From: Octopus sinensis
Taxonomy: Eukaryota
Reading direction: 5' to 3'
Assembly (NCBI RefSeq): GCF_006345805.1
Contig: NC_043023.1
Coordinates: 992,001 to 1,056,000 of the forward strand
DNA length: 64,000 bases
Shown: in pieces, positions 23,085-35,560 of the stretch
Layout: every line of letters begins with the position of its first letter
Position numbering within the stretch: the stretch's first letter is position 1
Position numbers and translations under genes: made by a program
The notes under the pieces: model-generated
Told to the model about the DNA's origin: nothing
What the model saw: only the letters and a program-made list of their open reading frames with translations
Databases searched by the model: none

Positions 23085-24590
23085 ATTGGTGGAAGCGGTG
23101 GTGGTGTTGGTGGTAGTAGTGATGGTGGTGGTGTTGGTAGTGATGTTGGTGGTGTTGGTGTTGATAGTGGTGGTGATGTTGGTGGTAGTAGTGTTGGTGA
23201 TGGTGTTGGGGGGGGGGTAGTGTTAGTGATGATGATAATGAGGGTGTTGATGTTGGTGGTGGTGGTGATGTTGGTGGTAGTAGTGATGGTGGTGGTGTTG
23301 GTGGTAGTAGTGTTGGTGATGGTGTTGGGGTGTTGGTGGTAGTAGTGCTGGTGATGGTGTTATGGTGGTGGTGGTGGTGGTGATGTTGGTGGTAGTGATG
23401 GTAGTAGTGCTGGTGATGGTGTTGGGGTGTTGGTGGTAGTAGTGCTGGTGATGGTGTTATGGTGGTGGTGGTGGTGATGTTGGTGGTAGTGATGGTAGTA
23501 GTGCTGGTGATGGTGTTGGGGTGGTGGTGGTGGTGGTGGTGGTGTGATGTTGGTGGTAGTGATGGTAGTAGTGCTGGTGATGGTGTTGGGGTGTTGGTGG
23601 TAGTAGTGCTGGTGATGGTGTTATGGTGGTGGTGGTGGTGGTGATGTTGGTGGTAGTGATGGTAGTAGTGCTGGTGATGGTGTTGGGGTGTTGGTGGTAG
23701 TAGTGTGGTGATGGTGTTGGGGTGTTGGTGGTAGTAGTGCTGGTGATGGTGTTATGGTGGTGTGGTGGTAGTGATGGTAGTAGTGCTGGTGATGGTGTTG
23801 GTGGTGTGGTGGTAGTGATGGTGTAGTGCTGGTGATGGTGTTATGGTGGTGGTGGTGGTGGTGATGTTGGTGGTAGTGATGGTAGTATGCTGGTGATGGT
23901 GTAGGGGTGGTGGTGGTGGTGGTGGTGTGATGTTGGTGGTAGTAGTGATGGTGGTGGTGTTGGTGGTAGTAGTGTTGGTGATGGTGTTGGGGTGTTGGTG
24001 GTAGTAGTGCTGGTGATGGTGTTATGGTGGTGGTGGTGGTGATGTTGGTGGTAGTGATGGTAGTAGTGCTGGTGATGGTGTTGGGGTGTTGGTGGTAGTA
24101 GTGCTGGTGATGGTGTTATGGTGGTGGTGGTGGTGGTGATGTTGGTGGTGTGGTGGTGATGTTGGTGGTAGTAGTGCTGGTGATGGTGTAGGGGTGGTGG
24201 TGGTGGTGGTGGTGATGTTGGTGATAGTGATGGTAGTAGTGCTGGTGATGGTGTTAGGTGGTGGTGGTGGTGATGTTGGTGGTAGTGATGGTAGTAGTGC
24301 TGGTGATGGTGTTGGGGTGGTGGTGTTGGTGGTAGTGATGGTAGTAGTGCTGGTGATGGTGTTGGGGTGGTGGTGTTGGTGGTAGTGATGGTAGTAGTGC
24401 TGGTGATGGTTTTGGGGTGGTGGTGTTGGTGGTGATGTTGGTGGTAGTAGTGCTGGTGATCGTGTTGGGGTGGTGGTATTGGTGGTAGTGGTGATGGTGT
24501 TGGGGGTAGTGTTGTTGTTGGTGGTGTTAGTGGTAGTGATGGAAGTAGTGTTCATGATGGTGTTGGGGTAGTGTTGGTGTTGGTGGTAGA
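23085..24590. repeat. G/T-rich triplet-derived minisatellite (gtgctggtgatggtgttggggtgttggtggtagta and variants)
   Basis: Direct reading; frames are broken by indels. Confidence 0.92.
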
Positions 24591-24599
24591 AGTTTTGGG

Positions 24600-25012
24600 G
24601 GAGGCGGGGGCCAGTCGATTAGATCAACCCCAGTATGCAACTGGTACTTAATTTATTGACTCTGAAAGGATGAAAGACAAAGTTGACCTCGGTGGAATTT
24701 GAACTCAGAACATAAGACAGATGAAATACTGCTAAGCATTTCATCCAGCATGCTAACATTTCTGCCAGCTCACTGCCTTAATAATAATAATAATAATAAT
24801 AATAATGATGATGATGATGATGATGATCCATTTTACTATAGCCACAAGGCCTGAAATTTTGGGGGTGGGGATAAGTCAATTACATCGACCCCAGTACTCA
24901 ACTGGTATCTATTTTATCAACCACTAAACAGTAATAATAATAATAATAATCCTTTCTATTATAGGCATAAGGTCTGAAATTTGGGGGGAGGGGGCTAGTC
25001 AATGATATCGAT
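24600..25012 (-). mobile_element. SINE family B copy plus two tail fragments separated by (TAA)n
   Basis: Family B domain and the cttgtggc..tagtaaaatgg/agaaaggattatt tails. Confidence 0.8.
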
Positions 25013-25014
25013 CC

Positions 25015-25050
<36 letters not shown>

Positions 25051-25130
25051 TATCCTGAGTCAACCATCAGTGGGAGAGATATGACAAAATTTAAATAATT
25101 ATAATAACAATAACCATAATGATAATAATG

Positions 25131-25167
<37 letters not shown>

Positions 25168-25791
25168 TAATAATAATAGAAAAAAAATATTGATAATAAT
25201 GGTAATATCAATAATGATATTGAAATAATTATGTTGAATCATGGAAAATTATCTGACTTAAGAATTTTAATGATAGTCTAATTTTGTGTCGACAAAATAG
25301 TCCATTCCATAAAGGCAATGAAGGGGGCGACCCTGTGTGTTTTTTAAATCATTATTCTATTTTTTATTTTAACAGCCCAAAAAGCACCTTCCCCCACCCG
25401 CTATCCTCTTGTAGAAGAATTCCGCAGTTTCATGCAAAGCAATTTCTTTTAAATTAAGACGCATTTAGATGACATGTGTTTCAGAACAATCCCTGATGAT
25501 CACCAACTAAAAGCTGTTGTGACAATGGGGGCGTGAAATCTGAAATCCCTGGTTTTTATTTAAGCATTTACCCTTTTTTTTCACAATTTTTTTTTCTATA
25601 TTTTGCAAAGGTGGGGACAGAGGGTTTGGGTTTTCTTGAGCAACTAGTAAATTGGAGTTACCATTAAAAAATTCTGATACATTGAACATTTATCTGAATT
25701 GAGGAATATTTAGATGACTTACAAGAATAATTCTTGTTAAAGAATTCAACTAAAAGCCATTTTAATAATGACTTGTGGCTTACTCTTTTAC

Positions 25792-26171
25792 TGGTTTCAG
25801 TCATTTGACTGCGGCCATGCTGGAGCACCGCCTTTAATCGAGCAACTCGACCCCGGGACTTATTCTTTTGTAAGCCCAGTACTTATTCTATTGGTCTCTT
25901 TTGCCGAACCACTAGGTTACAGGGGGCATAAACACACCAGCATCGGTTGTCAAGCGATGCTAGGGGGACAAACACAAACATAGACGCACACACACATATA
26001 CATATATACGACAGGCTTCTTTCAGTTTCCGTCTACCAAATCCACTCACAAGGCTTTGGTCGGCTCGAGGCTATAGTAGAAGACACTTGCCCAAGGTGCC
26101 ACACAGTGGGACTGAACCCGGAACCATGTGGTTGGTAAACAAGCTACTTACCACACAGCCACTCCTGCGCC
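25792..26171 (-). mobile_element. SINE family A, full length
   Basis: Near-consensus copy. Confidence 0.92.
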
Positions 26172-26376
26172 TGTATCTTTTTTGTTTTATCTTTCACTTG
26201 TCTCAGTCATTTGACTGTGGCCATGCTGGGGCATCACTTTAAAAAATTTAAGATGGATGAATCAATGAATCAATCCCAGTACTTATATCTTTAATTTTTT
26301 TAGTTTAATTTGCTGAACTGCTAAGTTACGGGAATGTAAACACACCGACCCGAATTTTCAAGTGGCTGTGAGAGAC

Positions 26377-26799
26377 AAATACCTATTTCTATATTGCCCA
26401 CAAGGGGCTAAACACAGAGGGGACAAACAAGGACAGACATAGGTATTAAGTCGATTACATTGACCCCAGTGCGTAACTGGTACTTAATCTATCGACCCCG
26501 AAAGGATGAAAGGCAAAGTCGACCTCGGCAGAATTTGAACTCAGAACATAACGGCAGATGAAATACCTATTTCTTTACTACCCACAAGGGGCTAAACATA
26601 GAGGGGACAAACAAGGACAGATATAGGTATTAAGTCGATACATCGACCCCAGTGCGTAACTGGTACTTAATTTATTGACCTCGAAAGGATGAAAGGCAAA
26701 GTCGACCTCGGCGGAATTTGAACTCACAATGTAACGGTAGACGAAATACTGCAAAGCATTTCGCCCGGCGTGCTAACGTTTCTGCCAGCTCGCCACCTT
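26377..26799 (-). mobile_element. SINE family B concatemer
   Basis: Same gaaata|ggtattt junction at ~26567 and ~26383. Confidence 0.88.
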
Positions 26800-26869
26800 A
26801 ATATTCAATGTATCAGAGTTTTTTAGTGTTAACTCCAAATACCATCACAAAGACATACACACACACATA

Positions 26870-27800
26870 CATTTTGGTTCACGTGAGGTTATAGTGGAAG
26901 ACACTAGCCCAATGTGCCATACACTGGGACTGTACCCAGAACCATGTTGTTAGGAAGCAAACTTCTTACCACACAGCTATGCCCGGTATGTACTCCATCA
27001 GTTTCTTTCACTGAACCACTAAGTTATCAGGATGTAAACAAACCAACACCAGATGTCAAGTGATGTTGAGAAGACAAACAGAAAAACACATGCACAAACA
27101 TACACATATATGCACTAGGCTTCCACACAGTTTCCATCCGCCAAATTTACTCGCAAGGAATCGGTCAGCCTGGTGCTATTAGTAGAAGACACTTGTGTAA
27201 ACACTTGCCCAATGTGTTGCAGAGTGGGACTGAACCCAGAACCATGTAGTTGAAAAGCAAGCTTTCTAATCCCTCAGCCTTGCCGGCATTAATAGATACA
27301 CAACAGGCTTCTCTCAGTTTCCGTCAACTAAATCCACTCACAAGGAATTGATCAGTCTAGGGATAAAGTATAAGAAACTTGCCCAAGGTGCCATGCAGCG
27401 GGACGGAACCTGGCTTCTTAACCACACAATCTTACCTGCACTAACAGATACATAATGGGCTTCTTTCAGTTTCCGTCAACTGAATCCACTCACAAGGAAT
27501 TGATCAGTTGGAAACTAAAGTAAAAAAAAACAACTGCTCAAGGTAGCCCTCAGTGGGACTGAACCAGCAATCACATTGTTGAAAAGCAAGCCTCTTAACC
27601 ACATAGCCTTGCTTGCACCTAGTGATACACAATGGGCTTCTTTTAGTTTCCATCAGTTAAATCCACTCATGAGGCTTTGATCAGTCAGAAGTTAAAGTAA
27701 AAAAAAAAGGGGGGGGCCCAAGGTGCCACACAGTGGGACTGAACCTGGAACCATGAGGTTAAAGAACAAGCTTCTTAACCACACAGCCAATCTCGTGCCT
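26870..27800 (-). repeat. tandem array of about 5 SINE family A 5' halves
   Basis: Head plus CORE-like units of ~165-190 bp sharing private variants (aaggaattgatcag, taaagta). Confidence 0.8.
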
Positions 27801-28326
27801 AGAGAATGTAAGCAACAATTTACCAATGTTCTCACACAATGGAATTTCTTTTAATTTAGCGATATTTAGATGACGTGTTATATAATAATAAACCCCAATA
27901 ATTTCTGTAAATATCTCGGCTAAAAGCCACCTTGTTAATGGAATGCTGGTCCCCAGCATTTTTTGTGAGAGGGGATTGGAGGGGCATGTTTTTGTGAGCA
28001 GGGGGTTGGAGGGGCATGTTTTCTTAAGCAACTAGAAAATTGGGGTAATCCGTAAAAATTCAAACACAATGGAACCTTTATTTAAATCCAGGAATTATTT
28101 AGACGTGATGCTTGAAAACTAACTCCCAGTAGTCTCTCAGAAACAATTAAGTTAAAAGCCATTTTAATTAGGGGTTCAGTACCCTATTGTGATATTTTCC
28201 CAGCATCCAGTCATTTACATTAAAAGCTCCAGTATTTCCATGTATTTTCTTTTTCATATTCTCTTAATTTTTCTTCTTTCAATTCAGATCTTTTTTAAAA
28301 ACTATAATCTTTTTTTTTTAATGACT

Positions 28327-28361
<35 letters not shown>

Positions 28362-28599
28362 TAATAATAATAATAACCACCTTGCTCGTTATTGTTAAAA
28401 AGTAATTGGCCAATATTCCAACTTGATGATACGATGTCATTTACTTTAGTTTCGCTATTTTCAATCAAATAATGCAACTAGTAGCAGACCAACAGTTTTA
28501 AAAGTAACAACCAACTCTTGTGATCTTTTATTTGTTTTGACCATTGGACTGTGGTCATGCTGGGGCACCATCTCGAAGAGTTTTAATTAAATAAATTGA

Positions 28600-29112
28600 T
28601 TTCAATTGTTTGTGTTTTGGTCTTTTAATTGTTTCAGTCATTAGACTGGCCATGCTGGGGCACTGCCTTGAAGAATTTTTAGTTGAATGACTCAACGCCA
28701 GGACATATTTTCTTTCTCTTTTTAAAGCCTGGTATTTATTCTATCAGTCTCTTTTGTTGCACTGCTAAGTTATGGGTATGCAAATACACCAACAATGGTT
28801 GTCAGGTGGTTGTGGGGGGACAAACACAGACATATACGACAGGCTTCTTTCAGTTTCCGCCTACCAAATCTACTCACAAGACATTCATCAGTCCGAGTCA
28901 AAAGTAAAAGACACTTTCCCAAGGTGCCACACAGTGGGTCTGAACCCAGAACCATGTTGTTGGACAGCAAGCTTCTTACCACATGGTTCTGGGTTCAACC
29001 CACAGCATGGCATCTTGGGCAAGAGTCTTCTACTGAACAAAATCTTTTGAATGAATTTCGTAGAGAGAAACTGAAAGAAGCCCATTGTATATATGCATAT
29101 ATATATATATAT

Positions 29113-29143
<31 letters not shown>

Positions 29144-29270
29144 CATACATATATATACAGATATATATAATTATGTAGGTGTGTATGTAAGCATATTTGT
29201 ATTTGTCCCCCTACAATTGCTTGACAACTGATGTTGGTGTGTTTACGTCCCCATAACTTAGCAGTTCTGA
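28600..29270. mobile_element. head-to-head fused SINE A pair (minus, then plus)
   Basis: Orientation switches near 28980. Confidence 0.75.
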
Positions 29271-29625
29271 GTTCAAATTCTGCCAAGGTCAACATTACCT
29301 TTCATCTTTTTGGGGTTGATAAATTAATCACCAGTGAAATACTGGGTTCAATGTAATCAACCAGTCCCCACCTCACCCCAAATTTCAAGTCTTGTGCCTT
29401 TAATAGAAAGGATTATTATTATCATTATTATTATCATTATTATTATCATTATTATTATTATTATTGATCAAGAAAGTGGTGAGCTGGCAGAATGCTTAGC
29501 AGCAGCTCACTTGTCTTTACATTCTGAATTCAAATACTGCCAAGGTCAACTTAGCCTTTCATTCTTTCGAGGTCGGTAAAATTAGTACTTAGTCCCTTCC
29601 CCAGACCTGCTGACCTTGAGCCAAA
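29266..29625 (+). mobile_element. two decayed SINE family B copies
   Basis: ctgagttcaaattctgcc and ctgaattcaaatactgcc heads, with an (ATT)n tail between them. Confidence 0.7.
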
Positions 29626-29670
29626 ATTTGAAATCACCATCACCATTATTATCATTATTATTATCATCAT

Positions 29671-30068
29671 AGGCATAGGAGTGGCTGTGTGGTAAGTAGC
29701 TTGCTTACCAACCACATGGTTCCGGGTTCAGTCCCACTGTGTGGCATCCTGGGCAAGTGTCTTCTACTATAGCTTCGGACCGACCAAAGCTTTGTGAGTG
29801 GATTTGGTAGATGGAAATTGAAAGAGGCCCATCATATATATCTATATATATATGTGTGTGTATATGTTTGTGTGTCTGTGTTTGTCCCCCACAACATCAC
29901 TTGACAACCGATGGTGGTGTGGTTACGTCCCTGTAACCAAGCGGTTCAGCAAAAGAGACTGATTGAATAAGTACTAGGCTTACAAAGAATAAGTCCTAGG
30001 GTCGATTTGCTCGACTAAAGGCGGTGCTCCAGCATGGCCGCAGTCACATGACTGAAACAAGTAATAGA
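29671..30068 (+). mobile_element. SINE family A, full length
   Basis: Near-consensus copy. Confidence 0.92.
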
Positions 30069-31032
30069 GTATTATTATTCTTATTTTGTAATTTAGGCAA
30101 CCACTAAACCCAGCAAGCAACCTGAGCATTCTGTTGCAATAATCTTTTCCATTTAGAAGTCAAGTATGAAGTGTATTTAAAATATTCCTCTTTAATGATA
30201 ATCCGAATGAATCATGCGAGTAACTCACTGAAGTGCCAGCTTTGGAATCGGATAGCAGGGACATTGGGGGAGGGTCTCACTTTTTTAGACAACCTTGAAA
30301 CTAACATATAATTCACAGACAGACACACATACACAGAGAAATTAAAGTATTCTCATGTAGAGGCAAACCTCAGCCTAAGTTAGTAGCCTGTTCCAAGATA
30401 TGCGTGTTAACCTGGAAAAGAATGCATGGCTGTGTTGTAAGATGTTTGCTTCCAAAGCAAATGGTTCCAGGTTCAGCCCCACTGTGTGGCAAAGTTGGGC
30501 AAAGTTCTTATAACCTTGGCTCAACCAAAGCCATGCAAGTGGATATGGTAGATGGAAACTTTATTGATTTTTAGAATAAGGTTTTTATAGTGTATGTTTT
30601 TCTATATGCTGTGAATAACATCTTTCATTATTGAATTGTTTAAGAGAGGTTTTTCTCTAAATTATATATATATATATATATTATATACTGTGAAATTTGA
30701 TTTAAAATTGTTAAATTGAATTTTTCTCTCTAAGTTTTGGAATTGTAACATGGGTGTTTCATTCAACATCCTTAAATAACCCTTATTCAGGAACCTTTTG
30801 AGGGGGATGGGTTATTTGACTAGAAGAAAATTCTAACTGGGCCCCACCTGCAAGACATTTATCTTGCTATGTGCTGTTTATCTTGATATGAGATCACCAT
30901 GTCATGCACATATGGTTGTGATGCATGTGCCTGGTGTGCCCTTACCAGACGGGTAGTCATGATGGGTATACTGGGCTTCGTATATTTTAACCCAGTGTCA
31001 CTTTGATGGCATGCACTGCTCTCCTTCCCTAC

Positions 31033-31075
<43 letters not shown>

Positions 31076-31149
31076 TATATCATCATCATCATCGTTTAAC
31101 GTCCGTTTTCCGCGCTAGCATGGGTTGGACGGATATATATTTAAATATA

Positions 31150-31367
31150 TGAGGGGTTGCTGAAATGTTCCTGGTTTTGGGTAAAAGAAAATAGAGGAGT
31201 ATCAGTTAATTATGATTTTATTCAACATATTCCCCTCTCAGATTCACACACTTATTACAGTAGTCATTCAGTTTTTCTAAACCCTGTAAAAGGACTCAAA
31301 TGGTTGGGCCTCTAACCAGGTCCTTTGCAATACCCTTAAAGCCAGAATGTTCTTCAGCATACCCTTT
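31150..31367. mobile_element. mariner/Tc1-derived MITE
   Basis: TA-flanked imperfect TIRs: tgaggggttgctgaaatgttcctggtttt / aaagccagaatgttcttcagcataccctt. Confidence 0.65.
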
Positions 31368-31376
31368 TATATATAT

Positions 31377-31516
31377 AAAATTAAACAAAGGACATACTAA
31401 GTATGTCTACCTGCTGGAAAATAACAGTCAAAACTCTTAATTAATTCACCAAATTAAGAATTCTGACTGTTATTTCCAGCAGGTAGATATACTTCATATG
31501 TCCTTTGATTAATTTT
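31377..31516. repeat. long hairpin / foldback (arms about 65 bp, loop about 9 nt)
   Basis: aaaattaaacaaaggacatactaagtatgtctacctgctggaaaataacagtcaaaactcttaatt pairs with aattaagaattctgactgttatttccagcaggtagatatacttcatatgtcctttgattaatttt. Confidence 0.9.
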
Positions 31517-31690
31517 CAATCCTTCAGCTATTTAAAGCTTGTTTTGGGGCCTGCAATTGCCTATATTATTGATTCTGTTATTATCATTTTTAATAGATTA
31601 TAACAGATTCAATGGTATCTTTGCAAATTATTTCTTTGTGAATTATTTGCTCCATATTGAAATTACTTATATATATATATATATATATAT

Positions 31691-32005
31691 ATTTATTTAT
31701 TTATGCACCCTTTTCAAGCCTAGCCAGGCTCATGGGTCTGGTTTCCCGGTTTCTGTGGCGTATGTGTTCCTCCCAGCTGGACTGGGCGGGATGTAAACAC
31801 ACCAACCATTGCAGCGTTATCCCAAAACAGGAAGAAAGAGCGAGAGAAAGTTGGGGTGAAAGAGTACAACAGGAGTCACCACAACCCCTGCTGGAGCATT
31901 AGGTGTTTTTGCTCAATAAACACATACAATGCTCAGTCTGGGAATCAAAACAGCGATCCTCCAACCGCGAGTCCGCTGCCCTAACCACTGGGCCATTGCG
32001 CCCCC
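31691..32005 (-). mobile_element. SINE family D head with a different 3' tail ending (AAAT)n
   Basis: Head and body match 6990-7169; the tail gccacagaaaccgggaaacc..gagcctggctaggc differs. Confidence 0.82.
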
Positions 32006-32510
32006 ATATATATATATATATATATATATAAAAACAGAGGTGGCTATATGCAAAATAAAACCGAAAAGTAAGAATTCAGTTGTCACTACATTGCTAGAAA
32101 TAAGAGTTAAAAACCCTCTTAGCCACAAAGAAGCACATGTACATGTGCTGACAATGGAGCTAACTGCCCCACAGCAAGCAAGGTCATACTAGAATTCTAG
32201 TTTTGCTTGAAATTGAAGCTCTTCAGTGGTGACTACACTGTTGCTGAAGGGTTTTGTCAAGTCCTGACTGTCAGTGCATAGACTGAACCAAGTGCTTGGA
32301 AAGCAAGCTTCTTACCACACAGCTACGACTGTGCCATGACACTATAATTTTAGCTTAACAACCCCACCTCATCCTGAACAAGCCCTTCATGTCAGACCAC
32401 TATTACCTCCAGCATTGTCTTACACCAGTACACAAGCCGGGTAGTGGGAATGAACCTGGAACCATGTAGTTTGAAAGCAAACTTATTGAAATGTCATCAT
32501 CATTATCATG

Positions 32511-32667
32511 AGTGGCTGTGTGGTAAGTAGCTTGCTTACCAACCACGTAGTTCCAGGTTCAGTCCCACTGCATGGCACCTTGGGCAAGTGTCTTCTACTA
32601 TAGCCTCAGGCCGACCAAAGCCTTGTGAGTGGATTTGGTAGATGGAAACTGAAAGAAGCTTGTTGTA

Positions 32668-32722
<55 letters not shown>

Positions 32723-32925
32723 GTGTGTATATGTTTGTGTGTCTGTGTTTGGCCCTCCCAACATCGCTTGACAACTATAACTTAGCGGTTCGGCAAAAGA
32801 GACCGATAGAATAAGTATTAGGCTTACAAAGAACAAGTCCTGGGGGCGATTTGCTTGACTAAAGGCGGTGCTCCAGCATGGCCACAGTCAAATGACTGAA
32901 ACAAGTAAAAGAGTAAAAGAGTAAG
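32511..32925 (+). mobile_element. SINE family A
   Basis: Head and tail recognisable. Confidence 0.9.
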
Positions 32926-32929
32926 AGTA

Positions 32930-33090
32930 TCTGTTTTCCATGCTGGCATGGGTTATGTGGTTTGACCAGAGCTGCCTCAAGTCCTTCGTCTATTTTGGCC
33001 TGGTTTCTACGGCTGGATACCCTTCCTAATGACAACCACCTTACAGAGTGGACTGGGTGCTTTTACATAGCACCAGCATCCCTGAGCTTG
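32930..33090 (-). mobile_element. decayed RTE 3' tail copy
   Basis: tttctacggctggatacccttcctaatgacaacc. Confidence 0.7.
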
Positions 33091-33109
33091 CAAAGTCAGA
33101 AACGTTCAT

Positions 33110-33870
33110 CCGGAGATACACCTGGTAGAAACAGCAGCCAAATCTCCCTCAAATCACACCCTACTGTCTTATGTATGTATATATGTGTGTATGAGACAAT
33201 GAGGGCAACCTTCACATGGTACCTAGACCTGGTAGAAATAGCAGCCAAATCTCCCTCAAATCACACCCTATTGTCTTATCTATGAGCCAACGAGGGAGAT
33301 CTCTACATGGTTGCTAGAGCTTGTAGAAATAGCAGCCAAATCTCCCTCAAATCACACCCTATTGTCTTATCTATGAGCCAACGAGGGAGATCTCTACATG
33401 GTTGCTAGAGCTTGTAGAAATAGCAGCCAAATCTCCCTCAAATCACACCCTACTCATTTATGAATGTATATATGTATGTATGAGCCAATGAGGGAGACCT
33501 CTACATGGTACCTAGAGCTGGTAGAAATAGCAGCCAAATCTCCCTCAAATCACACCCTGTCTTATGTATGTAGATATGTATGTATGAGCCAATGAGGGAG
33601 ACCTCTACATGGTTGCTAGAGCAGGTAGAAATAGCAGCCAAATCTCCCTCAAATCACACCCTGTCTTATGTATGTAGATATGTATGTATGAGCCAATGAG
33701 GGAGACCTCTACATGGTTGCTAGACCTGGTAGAAATAGCAGCTAAATCTCCCTCAAATCATACCCTACTGTCTTATATATATATATATGTAGGTATGAGT
33801 CAATGAGGGAGACCTCTACATGGTTGCTGGACCTGGTAGAAATAGCAGTCAAATCTCCCTCAAATCACAA
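33110..33870 (+). repeat. tandem array (8 units, 91-107 bp) of a structured repeat
   Basis: tgagggagacctctacatggttgctagacctggtagaaatagcagccaaatctccctcaaatcacacc with (TATG)n spacers. Confidence 0.92.
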
Positions 33871-34384
33871 GCCTGTATGCAAGGACAGCCATGCTTTTAC
33901 TTGGCTTGGCTTGTCTTCTCAGGCAGAGCAAACTGCTTAAAATCAAAAGAGATGAAACTCATAACAATATTCCTGTAACATAAACCACCTAAATTCAGTC
34001 ATTACTAATCCATATTAATCCAGTTTCCTCACTAATTAAACCAGGCTTAAGTGAATTACGTATTTCACCCTCTTTAGTTATTTCAATGAGTAATCCAGTT
34101 TAGTAACATGTTTTTAAAAGGGATTAAGGGGTTTTCATTATTCTTAGCAAACAAATACATAGGAGAACCATATGTTTGTATTAAACTTTTTATTTGTATC
34201 AGTCATTAGAATGTGGCCATGCTGGGGCACGGCCTTGAAAAGTTTTTTAGTTGAATCAATTGAGCATGTTTTTTTTTATGTCTGGTACTTATTTTATCAG
34301 TTGCTTTTGTTGAAATGCTAATTTACAGGGATGTAAGCAAACCAACAGTGGTTGTCAAGTAGTGGTGGGGGACAAACATACACA

Positions 34385-34750
34385 CACATGTAGAGGTCTC
34401 TCTCATTGACTCATACATACACATAGGTAAGACAGTATGCAGTGCGTTGAGGGAAATTTGGCTGCTATTTCTACCAGGTGTAGCTACCATGTAAAGGTCT
34501 CCTTCATCAGCACATACATACATACATACATACATACATACATACATACATAAGACAGTATGCAGTAATTTGAGGGAGATTTGGCTGCTATTCTTACCAG
34601 GTCCACGTACCATGTAGAGGTCTCCCTCATTGACTCATACATACATGTCTACATACATAAAACAGTAGGGTGCAATTTGAGGGAGATTTGGCTGCTATTT
34701 CTCCCAGGTGTATCTACCATGTAGAGGTCTCCCTCATTGGTTCATACATA
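34385..34750 (-). repeat. same structured repeat, about 3.5 units, opposite orientation
   Basis: tttgagggagatttggctgctatttctaccagg. Confidence 0.9.
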
Positions 34751-35103
34751 CAACATATTCACAACAACAACAAAAACATTTGCTGAGTCAGATATATTAA
34801 TTGAGATATTGTTAACATATCACCCGTCGCACTCCCCTCATCCTTGCTACTCTAATATATTGAAAAAAATGCTTTTAATTTATAGCAGTGCACCTGTTCC
34901 CTTTTTATTTTCCCTGCCCCTTCTTTGTAACAGGTCCTTTAGTTTAATAAGCCCATAATTATTTATCAAAAAACAGCCCTTTCACTCCCTTCTGTCACTC
35001 AATGCACTGTTCAACCCCTTATTTTCTTTTTTTTTCTGAGTCCTTTTTAAAAATGAAATATTAGTACAAATAATAAGGATAATAATAATGATAATAATAA
35101 TAA

Positions 35104-35532
35104 TCCTTTCTACTACAGGCACAAGGCCTGAAATTTTGGAAATGGGGGCTAGTTGATCCCAGTGTTCAACTGGTACTTATTTCATCAACCCTGAAGGGAT
35201 GAAAAGCAAAGTTGACCTCGGTGGAATTTGAACTCAGAACGTAGTGACAGACGAAATACTGCTAAGCATTTCACCTGGCATGCTAACGATTCTGCCAGCT
35301 TGCTCCCTTAATAATAATAATAATAATCCTTTCTACTACAGCCACAAGGACTGAATTTGGGGAAGGGGCTAAGTCAATTACATCGACCCCCAGTGTCTCA
35401 CTGGTATTTAATTTATCAACCCCGAAAAGATAAAATGCAAAGTTGACCTGGGTGGAATTTGAACACAGAATGTGAAGACAGATGAAAGCGTTTTGCTAGG
35501 CATGCTAACGACTCTGCCAGCTCATTGCCTTA
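35104..35532 (-). mobile_element. two head-to-tail SINE family B copies separated by (TAA)n
   Basis: Family B head, domain and tail. Confidence 0.85.
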
Positions 35533-35560
35533 ATAATAATAATGATAATAATAATAATAT

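Noticed and set aside
23459-24555. Poly-Val / Thr-Pro mucin-like ORFs (also 42296-42824, 45570-46110, 53264-53481)
   Set aside because: Confined to triplet repeats, frames broken by indels, no convincing splice sites.
30600-31060. Possible LINE 3' UTR ending in (TAT)n
   Set aside because: Single copy in the window with no ORF; it cannot be supported without a database search.
33200-33270. Twister or HDV ribozyme assignment for the structured repeat
   Set aside because: It lacks the twister P4/L4 motif and the HDV nested double-pseudoknot order; left as an unknown structure.
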